64,000 nt of DNA from Batkoa obscura (taxonomy: Eukaryota), in NCBI GenBank assembly GCA_030770535.1, contig JASVEC010000013.1:62001-126000 (forward strand). Direction: 5' to 3'. How positions within the stretch are numbered: the first letter of the stretch is position 1; each line of letters starts with the position of its first letter. Of this stretch, positions 22,690-35,955 are shown one piece after another. A model generated the notes under the pieces. The model was given only the letters and a program-made list of their open reading frames with translations. It was not told the origin of the DNA and ran no database searches. Position numbers and translations under genes: made by a program.

Positions 22690-24111
22690 GCTAATTAGTT
22701 TACTATGACTTCATCCAGTTCAATACCGGGATATTCTCTGGATTATCATCGCTGTTTCTTCATACCTACCGCCCTTGATAGGTCCAATCAATAACAATGA
22801 TGTTTTAAGTTGGTATTCAATCTGTATGCTTGTGTCAGAGTGAAAACTGAAGTACTCACTTTTGAAAACTTCAAGGTTTGGGAATAAAGACAAAATACAC
22901 AAGAAATCATTCTTTGACTTAAGTAAACATTTGACTTGGAATCGCTTTCATGATTACATTGTAATGAAGTCCACTTCTTTTTAAGAGTTACTTTTATTTT
23001 TACCCTCAAATGGTTACAACATACAGATTGAATAGTTAGTACTTTACGAACTGACCCTAACAACTCTTTTGACAAATTTTCAATATAAATTTCTTTTAAA
23101 GTGGAAAAATTTATGAAAATAGAATTGAAAACAAAACTTGATTCAAAGTATCTTAAAGTTTGGATATCATTGTCTTTCAACAATTTATAATCTCCTTTTC
23201 TTTATTTAATTTTTTTTTGGATAAATCTTTCAATTGTGTACTTTTGAATTTTGTCAGGTCCCCAAAAGAATTAATATTAAAATCATTCTTCAAATGCCTG
23301 TCAATTAACAATTTTAAACTAAAACTAGAATTTAGGTTAGGGGTGAATTTAGTGGCTATAGAAGTGTTTGACTTTGTTACTAAATGTAATACTTTTAGGG
23401 CATTGAGTTTCGATTTTATAATATCAAATCCATCAAGATCTATTATATGATAAGAAAATATTTTAAATGACTTAAGCTTGCCCGGATTTAAATATTTGAT
23501 AATGTCTTTAATGGTTGTATTACCCATTTTGACTTCGAGTACTTCAATTTGACTTAAGTAATTTTTAAACACACTTGGTATCTTTTTTAATGGTTCTCAG
23601 GCTCGAGGCAAGTTGCTGACATCCTTTTTAGTTTTGAGAACTCAATGTCAATAATAAACTTATTAATATCATGGGTTGTATAGCCTATAGGCGTGATATT
23701 TGGACAATGAGATTATATTTAGATTACTTCTTCAGCTGTACTTTCGTCACCTGTATTTTCATCTTCATATACAGTTTCATATTCATCCGTACCTTCCATC
23801 TTCATATTCGTCTAAATTGGGATATTCTTCTTCTTTTATGTCTGGATCATAGTATTCTTGTGAATCCAGACTTATATATGGCTCTTGCTTATCTTCTACA
23901 TTTATATGCTTCATCAAGGATCCATTTTCATCAATGAAATTTTGAAATTTATCAAACTTAGTTTTATTATAGCATAAATAGTTAAGTTCCATTTGACCAC
24001 CCTATCTAAAATCCCAAATAAATAGTTATTTAAAAAGCATATACTTATTAATTCATCTAGACTTAGTAGTTTAAATATCTCTTCTAATATTATGTCAAGT
24101 AAATAGTCGAA
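22690..24111 (-). pseudogene. F-box/LRR-like protein pseudogene
   Basis: FDYLLDIILEEIFKLL near 24110 with no ATG seen. Frameshifted fragments 23783-23992, 23177-23572, 22788-23183 and 22720-22902 are collinear with 9658-10920 (FGDLxKxKSxQL, LSLFPNL). Confidence 0.8.
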
Positions 24112-24689
24112 TTATTTTGCCGCTTTACAAGGCTAAAAGATATAGTTAAAGATATTATTGTGAGTTAAAAACAAAAATAAGTTATACCATTGATCATGTT
24201 ATGTGATTAAAAAACAACTAAACACAGATGACTGATAAAATAAGTTAAAACTCAAATTAGCCACACTCTAGGGAAGGAGATTTTCAAGCTATAAACAGTG
24301 TTTATTCTAATAAACTTTTGAATTTGTTTTTATAATTTATAATATCAATATTATAAAAATAAGGAATAAAGAATAAAAAATAAAGAATATAGGCACTGAT
24401 ATATTGTAAAAACTGTTATTTTATATCAAATGATTTTAATAAAGCTTAGTTTTACAAATTAAACAGATATAGTTATTTTTTTTATACTGTATTCAAATTT
24501 AAAATGATAAACAATACATATTAAACTTCATCTTTTTACTAAAACCATAACTAAATATTAAACATATATACTATTTTTTATATAAAACAACTAACTTTGA
24601 AATTATCTTGACTCTTGTAGCTCAAATTATAAACGGAACAATAAGCCCGCATAATAATTCCAAGAATACAAAACAAAAAACCAACCCTT

Positions 24690-26709
24690 TTAAATTTTAT
24701 CTCCATAAATCATTTTTAAGAACATTTCTGAATTAATAATATCTGACCCACCAAGTACCACTCTAAATCCAGGATTTTGCTGATTAAATTGATTTACAAA
24801 ATGAGCTTCTTGATACGTGGTGCCCCCAACTTGATAAATTATAACGTCTTGGGGTCTAAAAACTATTGTTAAGTAAAATCTCTGTATGTTTCAAATTTAC
24901 TTACATCAATTTGCTATTCTGCTTAATAAATGGAAACTGGGCTTCTTTTAATTTGCCTTTGACTAAATCTTCTAATTGATGATATAATAATGGTACATGT
25001 TGAGTGTATACATTTTCAACTCCCTAATACAAGTATAAATATAAATGGCTATATATAGCAATAGTAGTGAGACTAATTTACCTTTAATCCTTTAATTACA
25101 TTTCTCCCCTTAGAAAACAAATTGGAATCTCCATATAAATCGTTTTGACGTTGATCATAGCCCCCATATTCCATCACTTTATCAATTACCTATTTTCTAT
25201 TAGCATTAATTAGTAGGTTTAATAAACTATTTACTTTCAGATTAGCATCCGAGACACCATTACTTTTCATCTCAGCAAATAATTGTTGAACATTAAGTGA
25301 AGGTGATTTCTCATATCTTAAACAATACAACATGGCCAATTTAAGTTTATACGAATTGCCAATTTTTTTATCTTGGATAAGCTTGATAATATTCTAAATA
25401 TAAATGTTAAGCCTGCAAATAAATTGAGAAGTATTAATTCCTGTTACCTTGAAATCCACATTATGTTGATCATTACAGGCCAAGGATTGTTCCAACTCTG
25501 AAACTTCCAAAAGTTTAAAAATACCCACTAATCTTGATAATTCAGATACTAAAGCTACATGTTTTGATACATTTCCTGCCAATTTTCTAAATTCTGGGTA
25601 TTCTTCCACGAACCTTTTCATATCCGCAATACTTTCGATTTTGGATTGATTCTTTGTTTTTACTTGATACTCATCTACATATTTTTTAATGTTCGCTCCC
25701 AAATCCCCGAAATTCATGTATAAGTTTGAGTTATAAAACGGGTCCTGTTGAATATTTAATACAATTTCTTTTAGATCTTTTGATATATCTGGGGTAGAAC
25801 TCATGTCTACTCGACCATTGTTGATTGTCAAAAGTTCGTGAATCATGGCTTGATAAGTCCATTGCATTAAGAGCGGGGTTATTGGATCGCTTTTACGGTC
25901 TAAAATTAATAATAATGGTGGTGAATCTTCTGCAGGGAATCGAAATAGCTGGCTTTCTTTGTCTATTTGGTTTTGTACTTCTTCAGCCAATAATTTCGAC
26001 AACTTTGAGTAAGCATCATAACGTATCAATGGCTTTTTCTTTAGTGTTAATAAAACAGAGATTATACCTTCGGTTGAGCGTTGTAGTGTGGAACTATCGA
26101 ATTGGTCGAAGTTGTAGTTATTAAATAATTGATATTCCCTTGTATTGATATTTAGCGAAAATAAATGCGAGTTGATAGCTATAAAATCGGCAAATACTTC
26201 CTGTAAAAAAGTTATACATTGGAATTAAATAAAGCCAAAATGTTGCTTACTTTAACTACTTTAACGCTTTCATTTTCATCTGCTTCAGCTAAAGTTTCCA
26301 AGGATGTTTTTTTTATGATATTACTAAAATCTAATTATCAATTGATTCTTTTTCGTAAAATGATGATTCAATCTTACTCAAATGATACTCTGAGAACCTA
26401 GGGTTTTTCAATTCTTGAGTTAAATTAGAAACACTCTTATTGTTTGGTCTCAAGAACGTGATACATTTAAGATGGATCAGCTTTTCACTATCTATTCGGT
26501 CTATTAAATCAATAAGGTAAACTTCTTTAGATAATAAATTCGATTGCGTAATCACGGTACTAACATAACTTGTCTATCGATGGGGTAAACATAAGTTTAA
26601 TTATAGTTAGTAAACTTACCGTATCTTTATCCAACAATAGAATTTTCATGCCTGGTACGGCTTCTACCATGTTGAAGATATACTCATTGATGGCTTGAAT
26701 TAAATCCAT
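24690..26709 (-). CDS. VPS45: Vacuolar protein sorting 45 (Sec1/Munc18 family), 8 exons
   Basis: Exons 26709-26620, 26573-26378, 26330-26251, 26200-25448, 25393-25235, 25189-25082, 25023-24905 and 24855-24690 join in frame at GT-AG. Motifs GMKILLLDKDT, LLLILDR..DPITPLLMQWTYQAM, VENVYTQH and VGGTTYQE. Confidence 0.95.
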
Positions 26710-26919
26710 TTCGTTCAAAATTATTAAAAAAGCTAATTTTATTGATGGTCATCCTTATTTTGTAAAATTACACCGTAATTTCATGAACAATTTATAGTGT
26801 AAAATAAAAAGACAAACATTTCTTTTATTAAATTAAATTTTATTTAACAAACACAGCTCATAATAATGTAGATAAAGTAAAAAAACAGAGTAAGGAAGAA
26901 TTCACCATCCCGAGGCTTA

Positions 26920-28826
26920 CTAAATAAAAAACTGTTTGCCATTTGGAATGGCATATTTAATCATATAAAACGCATCCCGAATAACAACCCATTTATCAGA
27001 ATGGGCTTCAAACTGGTTAAAGAGATAGTAGCCGTTTCTTTTTGCTGGCCCCACCGCCCAATGGTTCTTATCAAAAGAACTGATAATATAAATAAATATA
27101 AAGATAAACTGCAACGAGCTATACCAGATATAAGGTACCCCTATTTCTGATACTGTCTTACCAATATTCATAAACGTTCTGGTCCCAAAAAATGCCGCAG
27201 TAATACATTTTTCTAGCGGATTGTATTTATAATACTGTTTCAAATATAAACATTTATTTGGTGGGTCATATAATGCTTTCATCTCTTTTTCAATAAATGG
27301 CTTGTTTAAATCAATTAATAGAGAATAGTGTAAGATAGACAAGTAGCCTTTATATATATCATTGGGTTTTGGCAATGATAAAGCTTCTAATTGGACTTTA
27401 CTCTTTAAATCAATCATTTTTATATACCATCTATTACAATCATATTCCAACTCCTTAATTTTCCGCAAAGGTTCGGTTGATATCGAATTTCCATTAAAAT
27501 CAGTAAGTATGGCACTTAACGAATGCATAGAATTCATTTTAACGCTTCTTTTTTCTGAGTTTAACTTACCTTTTAACACAGTCCATCGTCCTACTAAATA
27601 ACAATGCTGGCAGACTTCCCTAAAATATTTCGAATTATCTTCCGCTTTTAAATTTATCAATTCCTTTACAATAAAAAGGTTAGGATTAGTGTAAGTCAAT
27701 GTTGGGATTGTTGAATCAGCTCTAGGCAATGGTATCATTTCACCATAATGTGACGGCCTTCCAAAGAGATTAGATGAAACTGAGTCACAGTTAAAAGCTA
27801 TCCACCATAACCGTATGTATAATTCTTTCTGGTTTTTAGTTGCATGAGGTTGTTTGTTAGGTAACCCTAGCATCTTAATCATAGCCCTCGCAATCCCCAA
27901 ATAGTACCACCCATTCTCCAACATAGTATCATCCTCACATAAGCTAATATAATAAGAAGCTAGTAAGTTTGCTTGAATCGCCAAGATACTTGGTCTCGAA
28001 TATATGATTTTTAAATAGTGAGTTACTTGCTTTGCAAAATAGATTCCGATGATACGTCCAAAAGTCCTATTAGGATAAAATGAGGAGCCGGATAAGCACA
28101 CGGCACTAAGTAGAGCTTGAAAAGAGTCATCATAAGTTAAGCCATTTAGTTTAGAATAAAAACTGGTGGGATCCAATAGTGGAAAGAAAGAGTTAAGATG
28201 GCCAAAATATAGCTCTACTAATTGAAAGACTAAAGCACGAGTGATATCGACTGGTATATTTTTATTATAGGCTACTGGATGGTATTGGTAATCTGGGTTG
28301 CTAATTATATCTTGCAATAAATGGGAAGCTGAAGTAAAAAAGTAAAGCGCCATACTCGATCCATAATAAGTATAGCTACCATTATTATGTAGGTAGATTT
28401 TAAATTTTTTAAGATCCAAAAATGGGGACTTTATAGAAGACCATGAAAACTTTGTTTCGTTTGCTTTAACTAACATATTAGTATCATTAACAACCACTGG
28501 ACTTGAACTTTCTTTGTTGGATGACGAGTTAGGAGAGGTATACTTTTTATTATCTTCGATAACTAGTTTTTTTAAATATAAACACCTAATACTTTTAAAT
28601 AAAACTTACTTCCAAACCCATTCCTATCATAAGTACATGGTCTATTAAGCCTTTCACACAAAGAACATCTTGGTAGCGATTTATCACATTTTACTTTTCT
28701 CAACTGGCATAAGTCACAAACTTGAGGTTTTGGACCTCTTGGTCTGGGTCCCCGTGTCCTTCTTTTAGCTGCGGGTTTGACTCGGTTCCTTTCATATTTG
28801 ACATCTGTTGCAGTAATCCAAGACAT
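26920..28826 (-). CDS. Zn2Cys6 transcription factor with Fungal_trans domain, 2 exons
   Basis: CDLCQLRKVKCDKSLPRCSLCERLNRPCTY in exon 1 (28826-28610). Intron 28609-28563; exon 2 is in frame with ORF 26920-28497 (YFGHLNSFFPLL, RLWW). Confidence 0.92.
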
Positions 28827-29781
28827 AATCAAGATTGAAGATTATAAATATTAAGAGAAAACAATCAAAAAGCTTAAAAACTTCATTTTAATATTAAAAA
28901 TTTATTCATTCCTGCGACAATGATGTTTTGCCATGTTCCGAAGTTTAGGAGTACTTGTAAAGTTTAAGTTGGGGAGAAATTTGGCTTTAAAATGATTTGG
29001 GGTTGCTTAAAAATAAAATTAATTTAGCCTTATTTTTGGTAATAAATTTACTAGAATGACTCATCAATAGTGCCTCTTTTCTATTCTTATAAAGAATATG
29101 GTCTAAATTGGCTTTTTTAACAATAAATTTGATCTTCATGGGTTTGATAAGTTAAAGGTGACATCATTCCCAATGCTAGCAACGTAAAAGCTTAAGTTTT
29201 GTCATGTATTGATAAAATTAATAATTTATTGGGTGCATTAGTAAATGTCAAGTATTACTTTTAAATTAATATTAAATAATTCAAGCTTTTTATTGTCATA
29301 AAGCTTAAATGGTAGTAATTTTAATTTAATGCCGTGTTAATATTTGGATTTTCGAGTTTAATGACTGCTGCAGCAACCTATAAGAAAAAGTAGCATTTGC
29401 TTTTATTTGTTTGTAGTCTAGTATATAATTAATAAAAATAATATAGTTGTTATTTAGAATAAATCCACATGAAATATCCTTGTAAAACAAATAAGATAAA
29501 GTAAAATATTGATTATACTGTTTTTAACTTTGATATTAACTAAAAATGTTAGACTGATAAAAAGAAAAGGATGATTTTACTTAAATGTATAAACAACTAA
29601 CTATAAAAGGGAAATTAAAATTTTACGTGGTAAACTATAATTGTTAGATAATGATCTAAATTATAATAAAGCACCCGTCTCCGTTAAATAGTTTTTTAGA
29701 TTTGGCTAAAGCTACTTTTTTGGTGTTTAGCTTTTTATCATAGTTTATTAATTACTAACTGCTTTGAGGTTAGTGCGTTTC

Positions 29782-29927
29782 ACTAGGAGAGGTCTCAGGT
29801 AGTTACTCCCAAAAATTGATTTATTTAGTGAAATACAGAAAAGCACTTACTTAATTTAGCAAAAATTATATCATGTTTTATTAAATAAATCAATTTTTGG
29901 GAGTAACTACCCAAGACTTCTCCTAGT
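29782..29927. mobile_element. MITE-like element with ~50-bp TIRs (family C)
   Basis: ACTAGGAGAGGTCTCAGGTAGTTACTCCCAAAAATTGATTTATTTA is inverted relative to TAAATAAATCAATTTTTGGGAGTAACTACCCAAGACTTCTCCTAGT. Confidence 0.85.
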
Positions 29928-31058
29928 ATTATTCAATATTATTCAATTTTTATTACCTTTTTCTCAAAAAAGACATTGAAAACCAAAATCCACATATGAT
30001 GTTAAGAGTATAAAATTTATATTGCCTTTTTTAAAATTACATTTTGATGAACAGATTATTTATTCTTATAAATTCTAGATTTAAGATGGTTTTTATTCAA
30101 TTTAAGCAACCAAAAGGGCAGTCTTAGCAGAAAGGTTAAAAGTCCAAAAAAACCTGTTATTATTGATCGTTTTATTAATAAGCTATAGATAAACACACAA
30201 TGTATTTTTTAAAGTAGTTGATAGTTAATGTTAAATAAGTGAAACACCAAAAAGAACTCACAGTGGACTTATTTCCATTGAAAGCGTTTTTAACTAAAAA
30301 GTTTAACAGCCTGTTTCATAAATTATAGAAATAAAAGTAATATTCGGCTAAAGATTATAATTATAGTTAAAAACATAAAAAAAGTTGCCTTCGTTTAAAT
30401 GTTTTTTCTACATGATTTACTCATTAACCATGGATAACTTTTTTACTCAAAAAAATAAAAGGCCAAGGTTGTGATTTTGAAATAAACTATAAAAGCCACA
30501 AAAAAAAGAACCTCCAGAATATTTTTTTAAAAAATATGTGATGAGATTAAGCTTTTATTGAAATTACTGCCTTTTTTATCAGTGTATGAAAGGTAAAAGG
30601 GGTTTTCAACTATAACTGTTCTCTAATCATCAATGCATATTTTCTAATATGTAAGTGGGTTAAACAGTATTATAGCTTAATTGTTATGATGTAAATTGGA
30701 GCGTGTAACGAGTAAAACTCTGACTCAAAGTAGTGCTTGTTTAAAAGCATCGGAAAAGAGGGATTAAATAATGAAGAAAGTGATTGGCCATTAAATGTGG
30801 ACAGGAAAAAGGAATAACTAATGAATCAACACATAGTTATGATTATAACTATATTAACATATGTAGATGTATTGTAAGTGATTTTGATAGTTGAAAACAT
30901 TTATTCTTATAACTTTAAAGCCAAAGTAGTAGTAAAAATAGCCTGCTAAAAATAATTTCGTGTTTATAGTCCATTTGTTTCAATAAAGTATAAACTAAGC
31001 ACATTTGTATGATTTTAAAAATTAAAATGGGCTCTTTTATTTATCTAACACTATCAGC

Positions 31059-32876
31059 TCAATTGAAAAAGAAGCTTTCTCCCTCAACCAATATTGACTG
31101 CACAATCTGAAACGTATCTCTAGTTAACACCCACTTATCTGAATATTTTTCAATCAATCTATAAAGAAACAATCCATTCTTTCTGGAAGGATTTAATGCC
31201 CAGTGATTTTTCTCAAAATTTCTAATTACATAAACAAATATAAAGGTAAACTGCAATGTACAATACCAAAAGAAGGGAATGGCTATTTCAACAATCCTCT
31301 CACTAGAATCCATAACCACTTGCGTACCAAAGAAGGCACATAGGAGACATCGCTCCAACGAGTTTTTGGAATAATAATCTTCAAGTGATAATGAGTCTCC
31401 GATTGGTACTGCTAATCCCACGGTTTGAGCTTTGGTGATGAAAGGTTTGTTTAAATCAATTAAAAAACTGAAATGAAGCGCAGCTAGATAAGATTTATGG
31501 ATATCTTTACCACTGGGTAATTGCATAGCATCTGGTTTGGTTCTTCCAGAATCAAATCTTGGTAGGTTTAAATACCAGCGGATGGCTTGATTTTCAAGTG
31601 AATGCACATGATTTTTTATTGAGTCATTAAGTAGTTGTTGTTTTGATTCATAATTTAAGCGAAGTTTAGAGCCATTGGCTAAGTCATAATTATCTTTAAG
31701 TACACTCCATTGAGATAGAAATACACAATGATAACAAAATTGTTTAAAAAATTTTAAGTTAAGAGTGGGATCTAAGCTATCTAATTCTTTAACTAAAAAG
31801 ATATCAGCCGTTGTAAAATTAACAGAAGGTGAATAAAACTTTGCTTTTGAAAGCGAAGCTTCATCTTGTGTAGTATAATTGGGCCTTCCAAAAGAATAGG
31901 ATAAAATTGCCTCACAACAGAACATGATCCAACTTTGATTCTCAAAAGAGTTATTTACATATTGACTTCTTATTGGCGAAGATTGACAATAGAACATTGA
32001 AAGCATCCTTTTAGCAAGACCTAGATAATACCATGCATTTTCTATAACCGTATCATTCTCACATAAAGAAATATGATATGAAGCCAAAAGGTAGGCCTGT
32101 ATGGAGTTTAAACTTGGCTTGAGATAAATTTTCTTAAAGTAAGTTTGAACTTTACTAGCATAATAAGTAGAAATGATTCTAGCCACTGTACGATTGGGAT
32201 AATAAGAAGCACCGCTTAGACAAACTATATTTAGCAGTGCCAAGAATGAGTGATCGTGTTTTTTTGCATTATTGAGCTGTGAATAAAAAGATGTTGGATT
32301 TATTAATGGAAAAAAGTTGTTTAGATGTGCAAAATATAGTTCGATCAATTGAAGTGTGATTGTTGGTGTTATCTCTATTTTTATATCACCTGAATACCTT
32401 TTGGAATAAGTTACTATCTTTGAATTTGATATCAAGTCATTAAATAAATGTGATGAATTCGTGAAATAATAGGTAGCCATACTGGGACCAAAGTATGAGT
32501 ACCTACCATCTGGATGGAGTACCAATTTATAACGCGATGTATTTATCAATGAATTGATAGTAAAGTTTGCTGAAAGTCTTGATTTCATTGAATAAAACAT
32601 ATTTGTTTGTTTTTCACTTATAAACTTTATCGAGTTACAATAATTGTTACTAGCTTCATCATAGAAACCGTTTCTATCGTAAGTGCAAGGCTTATTCATC
32701 TTTTGACAAAAAGAACAGCGCGGTAATACTTTATCACATTTTACTTTCCTCAACTGACATAAATCACACACTTGTGGTTTCGGCCCTCGAGGTTTCGGTC
32801 CTCGATTGCGCCTTTTTCGTACTTTTAATTTGACTGAATGGTTTGCGTTGACGTTGATCGCTGCTATATAATCCAT
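31059..32876 (-). CDS. Zn2Cys6 transcription factor with Fungal_trans domain (intronless tandem paralog of 26920-28826)
   Basis: RGPKPQVCDLCQLRKVKCDK..PRCSFCQKMNKPCTYDRNGF nearly identical to the paralog. Single ORF. Confidence 0.92.
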   Translation of the reverse strand: MDYIAAINVNANHSVKLKVRKRRNRGPKPRGPKPQVCDLCQLRKVKCDKVLPRCSFCQKMNKPCTYDRNGFYDEASNNYCNSIKFISEKQTNMFYSMKSRLSANFTINSLINTSRYKLVLHPDGRYSYFGPSMATYYFTNSSHLFNDLISNSKIVTYSKRYSGDIKIEITPTITLQLIELYFAHLNNFFPLINPTSFYSQLNNAKKHDHSFLALLNIVCLSGASYYPNRTVARIISTYYASKVQTYFKKIYLKPSLNSIQAYLLASYHISLCENDTVIENAWYYLGLAKRMLSMFYCQSSPIRSQYVNNSFENQSWIMFCCEAILSYSFGRPNYTTQDEASLSKAKFYSPSVNFTTADIFLVKELDSLDPTLNLKFFKQFCYHCVFLSQWSVLKDNYDLANGSKLRLNYESKQQLLNDSIKNHVHSLENQAIRWYLNLPRFDSGRTKPDAMQLPSGKDIHKSYLAALHFSFLIDLNKPFITKAQTVGLAVPIGDSLSLEDYYSKNSLERCLLCAFFGTQVVMDSSERIVEIAIPFFWYCTLQFTFIFVYVIRNFEKNHWALNPSRKNGLFLYRLIEKYSDKWVLTRDTFQIVQSILVEGESFFFN

Positions 32877-33179
32877 CAAAAAGGGGTTATAAGATCAAAT
32901 TTGTAAAAAAAAGAAAAGTTAATTTAGGTTTCAAAGGTTTATTCGTGTTCTATGATTAAATCAAAATGATATAAATTGATGGAGGTTTCTATTTAAAGTT
33001 GGAAAAAGGATATAATTCTTTGCATAAAGTTGGGTTAAAACAATACTTATAAAATGGCTGAGATTATTTTTGATCAAAATATAGGTCATTAAGTTTATGA
33101 TGAAAGTAAATGTCAAACAAAAATACATCAACAAATAAAAAGATTTCAGCTAAATATTAATAAAAGATTTACTCTTAAT

Positions 33180-33340
33180 TACAACTTTCCCGCTCTATTG
33201 CGACTTAATTAACGGTTTATTTAAGAGTAAAATTTTGCTAAAATTAAGGCAAAATTTATATTAGTCTTAAATAGCTAAACTAGCAAATATTTGGCTTCAA
33301 ATCGCTGCAGATTAGATCAAAATGGAGTTGGAAAGTTGCA
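33180..33340. mobile_element. MITE family B copy (Tc1/mariner-type ends)
   Basis: TACAACTTTCCCGCTCTATTGCGACTTAATTAAC ... ATTAGATCAAAATGGAGTTGGAAAGTTGCA. TIR homologous to the copies at 46485 and 53494. Confidence 0.7.
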
Positions 33341-34424
33341 ACTAAGAATAAATCTTACTAATATTTATTATTGGATAGTTGTTGTTATTTTTGGATGACA
33401 GCTTCTATTTTTACGAACCTTGCAAGCAAAAGCTCTCAACTGCCTTGTTTCTCAAAGGATATAGTTTCTATTTACTTGACTATAACACAATTCTAACCAT
33501 TTATTTGCAGTTGCAATTAATTATAGTTTAAAAAGCTAATTAATATTTATCTAATTTGATAACTTGTGAGTCGGGAGATGACTTTCGTACACTGCGAAAT
33601 GCCAAGTGATTGGGATGTTATTAAAAAACAGCTTAACAGAAGAATACTTCAATTTAAGATAACTCGAAAGAAGCTTCTGTTTTTAATTAATAGTGTCATT
33701 AAATGCTGTTCGTACTACAGCTTCAATGGGTAAAATAATAGATAAAAATTGCAAAGTTCCTAAAAGCAAAGTGATAATTAAAAGGTAAAGAAATTTTATA
33801 ATTGAAGCAACTATATTACTTTTCTGTTAAATGTTAAAAAAAAAGGTTTATTATTTTTATTACAACCAATAGGTTCCTTTAAAAAATTTCAAAATACCAT
33901 TTTTTTGTTACATCTAATTATTTCCCAACTTTCTGATACACTGTTACTGCATTTTACTCGGATTCTTAGTTGAAGCATACTTTGTCAATAGTAACTCCAA
34001 TACTCTCTCATTTGAATTACTCATAGAGTTCTGTAAAGAGCTTGCTTGTGCTTTAAAGATTTAAACTTGTTATAGGTTGATACTTTAAAAATTGTAATTT
34101 GAAGTTGTAATAATGTTAACTAATAAATTTTTGTGCCTTATTTCTGCTTTATTAAATTTTGAATCACATTTCGAACTCAACAAAATACTAAAAGTAGTGA
34201 ACAATTTATTAAACCTGTTACAGCTGATTCTATAATATGACAAAGCTACAAATTTAGAAAAAATAGTACCTATTTTTCAAAAATGTGTTATCCTTATTCC
34301 ATAGCTGAGAATTACTTTATGTAACATTAATATGATTAGTCATTTCATTCATTATTGGTTCTTATACGCAATCATGTAAATTGTAAGATGAGTATTAAAA
34401 AATAATCCAGGTTTACTCTAAAGC

Positions 34425-35606
34425 ATGTATTTTTTCTTACTCCTACTAGCAAGTATAGTGCTCTGCCAAGACGCCAGTCTACCACAACTTACTAATCATG
34501 GATGTACTTTAATCAATGACAAAGTTTACTATTTTGGTGGCAAATTATTATCTACTACATTTCAAGTTGACTCCTACAACCAAAAGGTATACTCCTTAGA
34601 CATGTCCAAGGGAATTAAAACAGAATCTAATTTAGCACCCATTAAAATTGAAGAATCTAACGAAAAGGCGCCAACTATGATCAATCCATATTCCTTCTCA
34701 TTGGGGAATAAGAGCAGTAAAGCCATTAATTTTTACATATTTGATGAGGGGTTACCTATCAGTATTAATTATTATGATGTTAAAAGGAATAGCTGGAGTA
34801 AAGAAAAAAGGGATGAAAAGTATATCGAGTTGGCAGGAATTAATAAGAATCAAGTAGATTATTTACATGTTGAGGGTTTTAATATTGTACAAGGTGATGT
34901 TAATGTGAATGAATTTTTTATCTTCGGTGGTTTTTATTACTCTCTAAAAGAGAAGGTAGATAGAGTGGACTATTTGCCTTTGGTCAAGTATGACCAGAAA
35001 TCGAAACAATATAGTAAAATTTCAACCAAGGTACCAAAAGTTAGCTATCAGTCTTCTTTTGTTTATAAGGGCGATTACTATATAATAGGTGGTAAAGATG
35101 AGAAGGGAGATGAAAACGAGTACAGCTTTATGACTAAAGTAGATATCAAAAAGAATTTGGCGAATAAAATCGAACTGAGAGGAGACGCACCTAACAATAC
35201 GTTTTATAATTTCGAAACTGTTAGAGTAGAAGATAGTATCTATTTTTTTAATTCCTATTATACAGAGAAAGATGAAGGTCAGGTCTATGTTTTATACTTG
35301 AACTCTAATGAATGGGAGAAAAAAACTGTTTTTGATTTTAAGCCAAAGAATAAGGCTTGCTCAGTTTACAATAATGGAGTAATAATCTCTTCTTTTGGAT
35401 TTGAAAAGGAACAAGCTACTAACTCTGTGTATTTAATTGACGTTAATAATAATCAACTTGTAGATAGTATTAATTCAACTTCTATCACCTCATCACAGAC
35501 GGAAGCAAGTGGCAAGAAAGGCAATTCTAGTAACAGTAGTAATACTGGAGTTTTGAACTTTTCTATCCTTCTTTTAGTGGCCCCGTTTATAATTTGTTTA
35601 AACTAA
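34425..35606 (+). CDS. Secreted Kelch beta-propeller protein, probably GPI-anchored
   Basis: Signal peptide, VYYFGG, FIFGG and YIIGG blades, Ser/Thr-rich stalk, small-residue omega region and terminal hydrophobic tail (NSSNSSNTGVLNFSILLLVAPFIICLN). Confidence 0.82.
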   Translation: MYFFLLLLASIVLCQDASLPQLTNHGCTLINDKVYYFGGKLLSTTFQVDSYNQKVYSLDMSKGIKTESNLAPIKIEESNEKAPTMINPYSFSLGNKSSKAINFYIFDEGLPISINYYDVKRNSWSKEKRDEKYIELAGINKNQVDYLHVEGFNIVQGDVNVNEFFIFGGFYYSLKEKVDRVDYLPLVKYDQKSKQYSKISTKVPKVSYQSSFVYKGDYYIIGGKDEKGDENEYSFMTKVDIKKNLANKIELRGDAPNNTFYNFETVRVEDSIYFFNSYYTEKDEGQVYVLYLNSNEWEKKTVFDFKPKNKACSVYNNGVIISSFGFEKEQATNSVYLIDVNNNQLVDSINSTSITSSQTEASGKKGNSSNSSNTGVLNFSILLLVAPFIICLN

Positions 35607-35955
35607 TCTTCATAATAAAAATTAATGTTTCAATATTTATTTTGTTTATGGATTTTTGTATTTAACATGTATTGCTTATTTTAAGCATTTTTTGACAACT
35701 GAGCTATTAAAACAATTTTATAAAAAGTGTCTGATATTAAATATGCGATTAAATATGAATTTTGACGTAATATCTATATCAAAAGTTAGTTCTTTACTAT
35801 AATTCGAGATTTTTTATTTTAAGCAACATAGTCAGGTATTTCGTTGATAAAGTAATCAACTATAGCATGTTAAGCCTTATGCTTGAATCTAAGACGTTCT
35901 TTAAGTTACATTTAGAAAATTTAAAAGAAAATACAGCATTTTAATAAGAATAGCT

